Positions 14,701-26,700 of a stretch of 64,000 nt of DNA are shown here, piece by piece. The notes below the pieces were generated by a model that was given only the letters and a program-made list of their open reading frames with translations, was not told the origin of the DNA and searched no databases. The first letter of the stretch is position 1. Every line of letters starts with the position of its first letter. The position numbers and the translations under genes are program-made. This DNA comes from Sphyrna mokarran (taxonomy: Eukaryota), in assembly GCA_024679065.1 (NCBI GenBank), contig JAGIQG010000008.1:43276001-43340000 (forward strand), read 5' to 3'.

Positions 14701-17700
14701 TAAACTCAATTTACAACTTCATGTCCTGGCTACTATGGAACATAAAGAGTACAGAGAAGGAAATGGGAGAGTGCAGAATACAGTCATAGCTAGGGTGTAG
14801 AGAAAGATCAGCTTAATGCAAGATAGGTCCATTCAAACATCTGACAGCAGCAAGGAAGAAGTTATTCTTGAGTTGTACATGACCCCAGACTTTTGTATTT
14901 TTTTCCCAATGGAAGAAGGTGGAAGAGAGAATGTCCGGGCTGTGTGGGATCCTTAATTGCTGAGAAGAATGTGTATTGGAGAAGTAACTACTTACTTCAT
15001 CACATCACAAACTAACTCTCCACATACAAGATTATATATGTTGAGACTTGCTGCTAGCCCACCGCCTATATTTATCACTGAGAGAAGATTTAGGTTATGT
15101 TACAGAGCCACTTAACATAAAGGGAGGAATTTTCCACTTCTATCAACAGCTGGAACCAGGCCTGGCTAGGGCACAAACTTTGGCATGCTGGCAAAATTCA
15201 GTTTCCACCAGTTGGAAATTAATTTAGAATTTTGTGCTCCTGACTTTGATGGTGGGTTAAAGGAGAGGCAGGTGTCAGGAACCATATTTGCATCTCATGA
15301 ATGTTCAGAGTGGAATAGTGAAAGACTGTCCCGGGGCAAGGGTTATATGGCTAAGGAGGAGTCAGAGACTGCCCTTGGGCTGAGGCTATTCTGTCAGGTT
15401 TTTTGAACAGACGGCCCTGGGGCTGCGGCCATGCTGTCAGGGGCATATTGAATAGACAGCCCTGGGACAAAGGCTGTACTGTCACAGACATATTGAACAC
15501 ATTGCCCTGGGGCTGAGGCTGTGTTGTCGGGCGTTTTGAACAGACTGTTCTGGGACCATGCTCTTGGCAATGTTTTGAACAGTTTGCTCTGGGGCTGAGG
15601 CCATGCTGTGACAGGCACGTATTGAAATACTATCCTAGACGGGATATATCATCAGGAGCGTATCAAACAGGTTATGCAGGGCATGCATGTCTTTGTCCTG
15701 GTCGGACAGAGAAGACCTGTCTAGGTCGTGATGATCACTATGCAGGGCATGATCAGTCAGCTAAAAATTTGGATCTTAGGAGTTAAAGTATAGCACTGTG
15801 AGGCAGATGGCATAGTCATGGTTAGGGGAGGCATCTGTAACCTGTATGTCAGTAGTTGAAAAGTCATGAGGGGTTATTGGATGGTCTCATTGCGGGGGCA
15901 GGGTGTACAGCTGGAAAGCCAGGGTGAAATGTGGCTTTGAGAAAAGGAAGAGTCAATTTGACAAAGATTGTAGGGACATCAACATTAATGGATTGGGAGT
16001 TAGAGGAGAACAAGAATATCAACATGCACAACGATGGAGTCCAGAATAATAGGAGTGGGAATTAGGAGACTGTGACTATGGAGAAGGATGGAAGGAAGTT
16101 AATAGGTAATGGGGGAGGGCGGATCTGGCCACGTTCATGAATCCAATTAGCACAATGCTTGCCTTCAGTCATCAGTGACACAGTTAGAAAAACAAGTTTG
16201 AAAAAAATTATATACAGGCGAGTCTCAGGTGTGTGAGTAGAGTTGTATGCGACAATTTGGGCAGATTGAAGGGCACTCTGTAATTATGAAAAGCATACTG
16301 GACAGATGAGTGTCATGCACAATGAATAAGCATTGTTCCTTTTTTAATGGTGCACATTCAGACAATGATCCATTAAGTTCTCAGTGCTGCACAGCATATG
16401 GCCTTAATTGTTATCTGATTCTCATAGACATATGTCAAAATGGATGCAGGCTTTAAGAGTCAAAGCCCACACCACATCTACCATTAGGGACAGCATGGCC
16501 CCTCAAAGCCTCCATCTTCCCAGTGCCCAAGGTTTTGGAACTCTTCCCTAAACCACTTCACCTCTTCTTCCATAATTTAAAATCCATCTTAAAATTTAGC
16601 TCCTTGCTCAAGCTTTTGATCACTGATTCTAATATCTTCTTATCTGACACTGTGTCAAATTCTGTTTGATAATTCTCCTTGAGATATTTTACAACATGAA
16701 GAATTGTTAAATAAATGCAAGTTTTTATTGTTGAATCAGAAAATGGTGGGTTCAAACCCCACTCTTGAGAGTGGATTACATAATTTAGACTAATGCCTCA
16801 GTAATTCTTGGGAAGTCCTGTGCTATCAGAGTTTCAGCCTCATGTGGCCACAAAAAAGGTCCCATGGGAATATTTGAAGAAGAGAAGAGGAGTTTTCACC
16901 ATGTCCTGGCCAAAATTTATCCCTCAGATTTGTATGAGAAAGAATGAAAAGTGATAATCCATTCATTTATTTCATGCTGTTAGTGAAGCTTTGCTGTGCA
17001 TAATTAGTTTGTCACAAATTGCTATAGTTATTCCACTTCAGAAGTACTTCACTGACTGTGAAAAGTCTTGTGATACCCTGAAGTAGTGAAACACATTATA
17101 AAAATGCAAATCTTTCTTACGATTACACAAGAAAAGAGAGAATCAAGCCAAATAACAGGAGATGTGCTTGATGAATGGGAAACAATTGAAACATTGTTTG
17201 CTATTAGCTCTGAACCAACTAGCATGTCTTTGCAATGGCAGCTAATATTTCTTGGCCTGCCTTTCAATTATTGTTATTATAATGTCATAGAGTATCCATC
17301 ATATCCTGTTAATTTGGTTAAAACTATCAATGGGCTTCTTCACCCTATCCTTTATCTTTTACCCTGACAATTTTAAGACCCCAGTCGGAGCAGGCATAGA
17401 ATTGGGGATTTGTAGAATTTCACACCGCCAACAGGAATGCTTAACTCCACCTCACTTCAGGCCATTTTCCTGGAGGTGGGTTGGGGTGATAGGGAACAAT
17501 AGGGTTACCTGCCTGTTAGTGGTGGGTAGCCAATTCAACTGATTAAAGGCCTATTTGAGTCTAGTGCCAGAGACCAACTGAATTTTCCAGTCAGCCTTCA
17601 GGCCCCAGAGGGGAACAGGGTAGTTCCCGGGAATTGACCTTCTGGTGGCAGATGTAGATGGCAGACTCCAGGCTTCAGCAGCTGCCACCATGTTTGAGCT

Positions 17701-20700
17701 GCCAACCCCATGGTAGCCAGGATGCTCAGAATTTCTTAAGTTTCATTTTTGAAAAGTTGAAAAGAGGGCACCTCCATCTTGGGGTACCCTTTCCCTTACA
17801 TACTCACAAAGGCACTCTGCTATGTTGTCTGAGCCTACTAGATCCCTTATTGGCCCTCTGGTTTCAGAGCCCTCCCTCTGGACATTACTTGGCCATTTAG
17901 TCTTGGTCATGGATGTTGTTCACATACTGCAGACTTACGGCCCTTACTTAAACCCAACGGCAGGGTCTTGAAGTTTTAAACTAGAAATTAATATATTTTT
18001 TCTCTTTTCAGATGCTAATGGTCAGCTATGAATTTATTAACAACCATTCTTCTATATTTCAGGTTTCTGCTATTCATAATTCTTTATTTTTATCTCTTTT
18101 CTTGGGCTCATACCGCCATCTCTCTTCAAATTAATCTCTTATATACTTCATCACTGCTTAACTTCATGGGGATACTTGTTCCTATTGCTGTTGTATTACA
18201 ATAAACATTCTTAGAATGTTTTAAATCCCAATCCAGATTCCAGGACATCACATTCCAAAACGCATCACATTTTGTGTTTTCTTTAAAATGATTTTCTAAC
18301 TGATTTTATTATTCTTTGATTGTTGCCTGATAGCCTTCATGATATGTGTGTGAAAACATAATTGCATTACTTGCTGTGCATTTCTGCGTGGTTTAATGGA
18401 GTGTGATAGTTATTAAAATATTTGAAAAGTTTTAAAATATTCTTGTATTTCATAAATAAAAGAAAAGTAAGAAAGCTGTTAACCTCCCCATCAATATAAA
18501 ATAATGGTGAGTATAGTTTTTATATTGGAGTGAATATTGATCGTGTAACATTTCTACATCTATGATGATGTCACAACGATTATTAATAGAGAGCTGTCCT
18601 GCATCATGCACTCCACTCAAATTTAGTGTTGAGATTGCTTACAGTTGGGAATTATTACAATAGGCACTGTGAGAGATATTAGCTGGCATATGTGCTATAA
18701 TCTCTGTACAGTCTGCAGCCAACTCTTATCAATAACTACACTTGTCTTACTCAATAATTTTTTTCTTTTCTTTACAAAAAAGTAATAATTTGGCTTCTCA
18801 GCATTGGATACTGGGGACAGGTATACACTGTGCATATAAAATAGTGCTTCTTTCAATAGAATAGTTTGACCAGCCACTGTCACTGGTACCAATTTTTGAT
18901 ATAGCAGCTGGTCTGTCATTTTTGAGTTTGGATTAGCTGGATAAGGGAATGTCTGGAAAAGTGTATTTTTACTGTATTACACACAGTGGGTCGAATCTTC
19001 TGTTCTTGCTGATGGCGAACTAGGAGACAGGAAAGGATGATGGTGTATCTGACCTCTTTCTGTGTCCATCCAATTAATTTCTGGGCACTTTCCTACTCTG
19101 CTAATATAGGCCCTTAAATAGCCAATTAATGATAATCAGTGCTTGATCGAGAGACTGAACATGGGGAAAAGAAGACCTTGCCCTTCCAATACCCATCCTC
19201 ATCCATTCTTCTCTCCCTGTAACCATCCTTCCCATCCTGCGAAACCCACCCACTCCCACATTCCTTACCTGTAGCTTGGGCCCTCCGCAGTTTGGAGATC
19301 CAGGTTCAGTTTCAACCTTGGGTAATTGTCTGTGTGGAGTTTGCACATCTTCCCTGTGTCTGAGTGTGCTCCAGTTTCCTTTCACGCTCCAAAAATGTTC
19401 GGATTAGGTTGATTGGCCATGCAAAATTACCCCTTAATATCAGGGGGACTAACTTGCAGAGTAAATATGTGGGGTTACAGGGTTAGGGCCTGGGTGGGGT
19501 TGTCAGTGCATGCTGATGGGCTGAATGGCCCATCTTCTGTACTGTAGGGATTCTATGAGCCTAGAACTTCCAGGGGTATCCTTCCAGCAGCAGACATGGA
19601 TTCCTCAGTGTTACTGAGGAATAAGAACTACCAGCCTTTGACTGGCAGCTCTTGCTAGGCGAGACTTCTGTTCCTGGAATCTTAATTCCAGGGAAAGGCC
19701 TACTGGGTCTCACCACTGCCTATTCGACCTATAGTTTGGCTTCTCAAAAACAGGCACCAGTTTCTCATCAGTTGGCAGGCAAGGGCCTCGATATCACAGC
19801 AAAATTTCGTTCAACATTGCAGCAGACTTTGTCTTTCATTGCAGGATAGACAATGAAAAATATTGCAGTATCATTCCATCAATCAGTGAGTCAAGTACCT
19901 CAGATGTGAAATTGCCATGCAGTTGAAGCATATATTGAACTGCGTGCATAAAAATACGTTCTTTTGATTTACTTGTGCTGTCGTGAGTAGATTGTACAAC
20001 TTACGGTCTCATCACTAAAAGTGATCTTGTGCTGCAGGCTGCCCAGTCACTAGAAGGACAAGATAAAACCACCAGACCCAAGTCGTCTCAGCAGTTAACA
20101 ATGGATGAAATTATGTCTCACATCCGGGAGGTTGTCAACTCATGCCTTTACACCATTACTCAAGAATTTGAAGAGGTTGATTACGCTAATATAAAAGTCA
20201 TTTCTAAGAAGCATTTTAAGGAAATATTTTCCAAGCACTTCATGAGCCTCACAGATGAGCAGGTGAGTTCTTTAGAAACAGGAATTAAATGTTTATGCAA
20301 TGTCCCCTCCTTTTACTTCAAAGCCTTTATTTTCTTAGGGTAAAAAAATGGATTAATGAGTAGTAGAAACTATGCATGTTTAATCAGAGTATAGGAGGAT
20401 TTTCTTGCATGGTTTCAATTCAAATACCACAATACCTTGAATTAGACAACATTGAATGAAGGTTTTGTTTTTTTTTATTTCTCAGTATATAATTGAGAAA
20501 GAGGATGCAAGATAGCCCTGTAGCATCACCATTAGATCAATTGTTTTCAGGTAAAGAGTAATAAATTTGAGTTCTGTTAAAGGTTAAAGCATCTGATTTG
20601 AATGAGTGATCATTAATGTGGAAATAAAGAATATTGTGAAAGGGTAGAAAGCACAAGAAGGTCATTGCTAACCAGTAGAAATGACTGTACTGGCTGTCTT

Positions 20701-23700
20701 GCTAGTTTGATGCTGAATTGATTTAACCCCCAGTCTGATCTAGCCAATCACTACAATGACAGTAGTCTCAAACTCTTGTATTCTTTATGGGGAATTAAAT
20801 CAACCACGTAATCGTCCTTGATGGGAAGTCCCACAAGTGAGCACTAGATGTGGACCAACATTCATCCTCAGGAAAGAATGAATAAAGAGGTGGAATTTTC
20901 CCATAATTTGTCAGTGGCTGGAATTCTCCAGCTGCTCATACCCCTGGAATTCACCAGTTCCGCCAGTTTCCTGCTGGTGTGGGGTGATGTCAGTAAGAAT
21001 TTCCATTAATAGCAGTGGAACGAAAGAATAAAAACAGAAAATGCTGGAAGATTTCAGCAGATCTAACAGCATCTGTGGGAGAGAATAGACCTGAAATTTT
21101 GTGACTAGATGATCCTTCGTCCAACATCTGCAGTATTTTTCTTTTATCTAAGTGGAACCAGATAATCCCACTGCTGTGGCCAACTTGCCACCTCCAACTG
21201 GCAGGAATACTTGGCTGGAGGGGCCAGCGAATCTCTCCCAGAATGTCAGGCTCTGTCTGAAAAATGGCGCATATCTTACCAGGTGCACTGCTGAATTTTC
21301 AGACCAGATCTTGAGGCTTTCTGACACAAAAACCAGTGGATGTGGTTATTGTCGTTAATCTGGTGGAGAAAGGCTGAATAGAGCCAGGTGTGCCATCTTT
21401 AAAAGTTCCCCAATCAGAACTGATGTTAAACTTCCCTAACCCGCCTCCCCTCCCAACCCTTCACTACCAGGAATATATTGGGTATTATCTCTTACCCCAC
21501 TCATTCTCATCATTATTGGAGACTCTTATCCCTCTCATGGCACAATTATTAGTGTCTCTCCCCCTTCCCCTCCCCCACCCCACTCAACCATCCTGCCCCC
21601 AGCTCCAGTCAATGCCCGTTCCCCCATCCAGTCAATGGCCATTTCCCCCTGTCACTGAAAGATCCCCGTCAATGTCTGCTCTCCTCCTGACAGAAGGTTT
21701 CCCTATCTGAATGATTGCTCCTGTCATTACTGCCAAGTCCCCCCCTTCAAAGGCCTCAGTGCTGTCCACCCACCACACCAATTGGGAAGCTCCCCTATCC
21801 ATCTTCTCCCTAGTTGGGCTCTCCAGAGGACTCACCCTGGTATAGTTCACAGTGCCAAACCTGGCAATATCATCCTGTGCCAAGGGCAGTGCCCGAGCAT
21901 GCCCCCCTCTTCGCGGGGGAAATGGTGCCCCTGGCAAGATTCTCTGGACTGTTTCCCACCTTCATAAATCTGTTGTAAACTCGCCATGAATATTTAGTGA
22001 GGAGGGACTCATGGCACTTTAGTAAAATGTAAATTAATTACATACATTTAAATAAAGTTCCCAAGTTTGTGGGTGGAAACCTTGCTTCATCACTGGAGAG
22101 TGGCACGGAAAATTGAGAAACAAGATTTTTCTGTCAAGAATCTTATCTCCTGGTTCTCGCAAGTTTTGTGTCTATGTCACCATTGTCAGTGACGGTGAAT
22201 GTGAACACAAAATCACCTCCAGGTTAAATAGACGAATATATGCCAGGATGTCACCACTTGCAGAAAAGTTGCAAACGTGGGTCACGTTGATGGTTACTTT
22301 TGCAGAAATGTGTAAGTCATCAGGCACTGTTGCTAAGTTTGCAGATAACGCAAAGATCTATACAGGAACAGGTAGTATTGTGGAAGCAGGGGGACTGTAG
22401 AAGGATTTGGGCAGGTTAGGAGAATGGGCAAAAGAGTGGCAGATGGAATACAATGTGGAAAAGTGTGAAATTATGCACTTTGGAATAGAGGCATGAACTA
22501 TTTTCTAAATGGGAAAATGCTTAGGAAATCAGAAACAGAAAGGGAGTCATTTTCAGGATTCTCTTAATGTTTACATGCAGGTTCAGTCAGCAGTTAGGAA
22601 GGCAAATACAATTTTAGCATTCATGTCGAGAGGGCTAGAATACAGGAGCAGAGATATATTTCTGAGGCTATAGAAGGCTCTGGTCAGACCCCATTTGGAG
22701 TACTGTGAGCAGTTTTAGACCCAATATCTAAGGAAGGATGTGCTGGCCTTGGAAAGGATCCAGAGGAGGTTCAGAAGAATAAGCCCTGGAATGATAAACT
22801 TGTTGTATGAGGAAAAGTTGAGGACTCTGGGTATGTACTCATTGGAGTTTAGAAGGATGAGGGGGATCTTATTGAAACTTACAGGATATGGCGAGGCCTG
22901 GATAAAGTGGACCTGGAGAAGATGTTTCCACTAGTAGGAAAATCTAGAACCAAAAGGCACAACCTCAGACTAAAGGGATGATCCTGTAAAATAGATGAGG
23001 AGGAATTTCTTCAGCCACAGAATTTTTTGAACTCTGCTACAGAAGACTGTGGAGGTCAGGTCATTGAGTGTCTTTAAGATAGAGATAGGTTCTTGATTGA
23101 TAAGGGGATCAGGAATTATGGGGAAGAGGTAGGAGAATGCAGAAAAGACTCGATTGGCCGAGTAGCCTAATTCTGTTCCTATGTCTTTTGGTCTTTATCA
23201 GCATAGATATAATTGAAGTTTGAATATGTGTTGTAATGGTGAAATATTAACTGGTAGAAATCTGTCTTCAGAAATCTAAATGTCTAATATAGAAATATTG
23301 GGTTTCAATAACTTGTGACTAGGGACTACCAACAGTTGATGTTTATTAGCAGTAACTGAGCAGTCTTCCATGCTGTGTCTCTGCCCACGCTCCATGAAAA
23401 CTCCTGTTCTCCCAACACTTGCCAGTTTTTGTACCTATGTCATCTCGACATCTGTATAAACACCCAGTCTACATCCAACATCAAGTGAACTTCTTGTAGT
23501 TTTGGGTTGGATTTTCACCGGTTTATCATTTTTAATTTCTCACTTCTTACCTCCCGGTATATTACATTTTATTGAAAAATAAGGTTTGAGTATTGCATTT
23601 AAATTTCCATTTTCTTTCAGTTTGAAAACCTATGGAATCATTTGCCAGTCAACGATTTTGGGAATCTAGACTATCACAAATTTCTGAAGCAATTTACTGG

Positions 23701-26700
23701 ACAGCCATTGGATGCACAGTCGAAGGGCAGTCGAACAGCGTCACCAGCAAAACAGTCACCAACTGGACCCATGAGTAGGTCTCCTTCTGAAACTGGACGT
23801 CCCAAAACTTCATCTTCTATCCACAGTGAAGGCAAGGTAATATCAAAAGCTATTTATTGTTCTGCTAAAGTCATTGGACCAGAAATTCACAATGGCACAT
23901 CTTGCAGCAAACAGTGTTAACTGGGCTTTCTAACCTCTCCATTCATAAACCAGTACTTTTTCAGTAGCAATTGATCTCTTACAACTTAATGATGGAGAAC
24001 ACCATTGAAGCATCATTATTTTTCCAGCAATTTTTGGCTGATTTTGTTTCTTTTAAATAACTCTGTTGTTCTTCATCTAGGTCTTTAGTTAATTATGTCG
24101 CTTTCTGTAATTTTTGTAATTGCAGTCCGCATGCAATGCAGAAGTATTTGATAAAAAGCTGGAAGACTAATTTCGAGAAAAGCTACATTGGGAATTTTGT
24201 AAATCAGTCATTGGACTAGAAAAGAATGTCAACTACTAACAAAACATTGATGGAAATCATTTGCAAGTGATGAACTTGCTTTATTAATCAAGCTCCAAAT
24301 TAACTGGGATGCTCATTTGGCATCCCAACCAATAAATTGACAGCCTTGCTCCAGAGGTAGAAGCTGAGGTCCAGGCTAAGGTGAGAACCCTGGCTCTCAC
24401 CACACATGCTGCTTGGTACCCTGAGTTTTTATCAGCCAGTTTCTATGATTGGGTTACAATACACAGAGGGATCTCTTCAGTACTTACATCTGATGCTTGA
24501 TAGTCCAACAAATGTGGTGGTAAGCAATTCTCTAGCCTAAAGAGCACCCACCCATCTTGAGCAGCCAGACTACACAAGAATTATAAATAGAAAAATGTAA
24601 GTAAAAGCAAATTACTGCAGATGCTGGAATCTGAGACATAAACAGAAAATGTTTTAAAATCTCAAGAGGTGATGCTATCTGTGGAGAGAGAATATCTAAT
24701 CTTTTGATTCTGGATGACTCTCCATTAGAGTTGAAGACAAAGGAAATTAGACAGGATTTAAATTGTGAGGATGGGGTGGGGTATTAATTGACAAAGATGT
24801 CATAGACAAAAAGACAAAGGGACTGATTTATTTGATAGTAAACTCACAAGTTTTCGACCCTCTGGCCTTCGTCAGGTGAATGAGGTGTTCTGGTCTCAAA
24901 CAGCACACATAATAGCACAGACTGTTTACAGATTACTGATTAGAATGCAAATCTTTACACCTAACCTGGTTTTCAAGTCTTAAAGTGGCTGATAATGTGA
25001 GTGGAAGGAGCACTGAACACAAGTTAAAGAGATGTGTGTTGTCTCCAGAGAGCACAGTAAATGAGGTTTTTTGCTAACCCAGGCAAGTCATGGGGGTTAC
25101 AGATAGTGTGACATGAAGCCAAGATCCCTGTTAAGGTCGTCCTCATGTGTGCGTAACTTGGCTATTAGAGTCTGCTCAGCAGCTCTGCACTGTCATGTGT
25201 CGTGAAAGCCCCCTTGAAGAACGTTTACCCAAAGGTCGGAGGCCGAATGCCTGTGACTGCTGAAGTGTTCGCCAACAGGAAGGGAACAGTTTTGCCTGGT
25301 GATTGTCAAGTGATGTTCATTCGTCTGCTGTCGTAGTGTCTGTATGGTCTCCCCAATGTACCATGCTTCGGGACACCCTTTCTTGCAACATATTAGGTAG
25401 ACAACGTTGGTCGAGTTGCAAAAGTATGTACCATGTACCTGGTGGAGGGTATTCTCACGTGTGATCATGCAATCCATGTCAATGATCCGGCATTGCAGAG
25501 GTTGCTGTGGCAGGGTTGTGTGTTATTGTGGTCCAGTACTTCCCCGGAGCGGCGAAGCTACGACATCTTCTCCGGAGTCTTCAACATATCATTGATGAAG
25601 ATGAATATCTCGCCAGGGCCATCTCCACACCCCCACTTCTTGCCTTCAGACAACCACACAACCTCAAACAGATCATTGTTCGCAGCAAACTACCCAGCCT
25701 TCAGGAGAACAGTGACCACAATACCACACAACCCTGCCACAGCAACTTCTGCAAGGCATGCTGGATCATAGACATGGACGACATCATCAAACGTGAGAAT
25801 ACCATTCACCAGGTACACAGTACATACTCTTGCAACTCGGCCAATGTTGTCTACCTAATATATTGCAAGAAAGGATGTCCCGAAGCATGGTACATTGGGG
25901 AGACCATGCAGACACTATGACAGCGGATGAATGAGCATCGCTCAACAATCACCAGGCAAAACAGTTCCCTTCCTGTGGGAGAACACTTCAGCAGTCATGG
26001 GCATTCGGCCTCCGACCTTCGGGTAAATGTTCTTCAAGGGGGCCTTCACAACACATGACAGCGCAGAGTCGCTGAGCAGAGACTGATAGCCAAGTTCCAC
26101 ACACACGAGGACGCTCTTAACAGGGATCTTGGCTTCATGTCACACTATCTGTAACCCCCATGACTTGCCTGGGTTAGCAAAAAACCTCACTTACTGTGCT
26201 GTCTGTAGACAATACACATCTCTCTAACCTCAGTGCTCAGTGTTCCTTTGTTAGCCACTTTAAGACTTGAATAGCAGGTTAGGTGTAAAGATTTGCATTC
26301 TAATCAGTAATCTGTAAACTGTCTGTGCTATTATGTGTGCTGTTTGAGACCAGAACACCTCATTCATCTGACGAAGGCCAGAGGGTCGAAAACTTGTGAG
26401 TTTGCTATCAAATAAATCGGTTGGATTTAAACCTGGTGTTGTCAGACTTCTTACTGTTAATTAAGAGATCAGAATGTGTAAATAGCAGAATAAAGTAAAC
26501 TGAGTTTCCAAGGATAACCTAAGTCATGTAACAGATAGTGGGGTGGGGAAGTGGGGGTGATAGGGGAACAAGATGGAAAGCAAGAGTTTTTTAAAAAATC
26601 AATGGAAGAAATGAAAATGAAAACTATAATTAAAAATATTTTAAAATGTATAAATAAATAAATAAGATGAAAAGAAATGAAATAAAATAGCTGGAATGGA

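Larger units (their letters stand above)
24821..26456 (+). mobile_element. Penelope-like element with an inverted (palindromic) duplication; GIY-YIG endonuclease remnant in both arms
   Basis: Left arm 24821-25533 is the reverse complement of right arm ~25714-26420; [26 protein letters not shown] motif on both strands; C..C..C linker ([10 protein letters not shown]). Confidence 0.92.

Noticed and set aside
15366-15626. CRISPR-like repeat-spacer array
   Set aside because: Vertebrate DNA; the units are degenerate tandem copies with no unique spacers and no cas genes.
24700-24735. Hammerhead in the older host PLE terminus (also ~21085-21125)
   Set aside because: Core boxes are mutated (no intact CUGANGA or GAAA), so it is not called as a ribozyme.
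25193-25920. Divergent ORF pair as a novel two-gene nuclease system
   Set aside because: Both are mirror copies of a truncated Penelope GIY-YIG domain with stops, and no RT is present.
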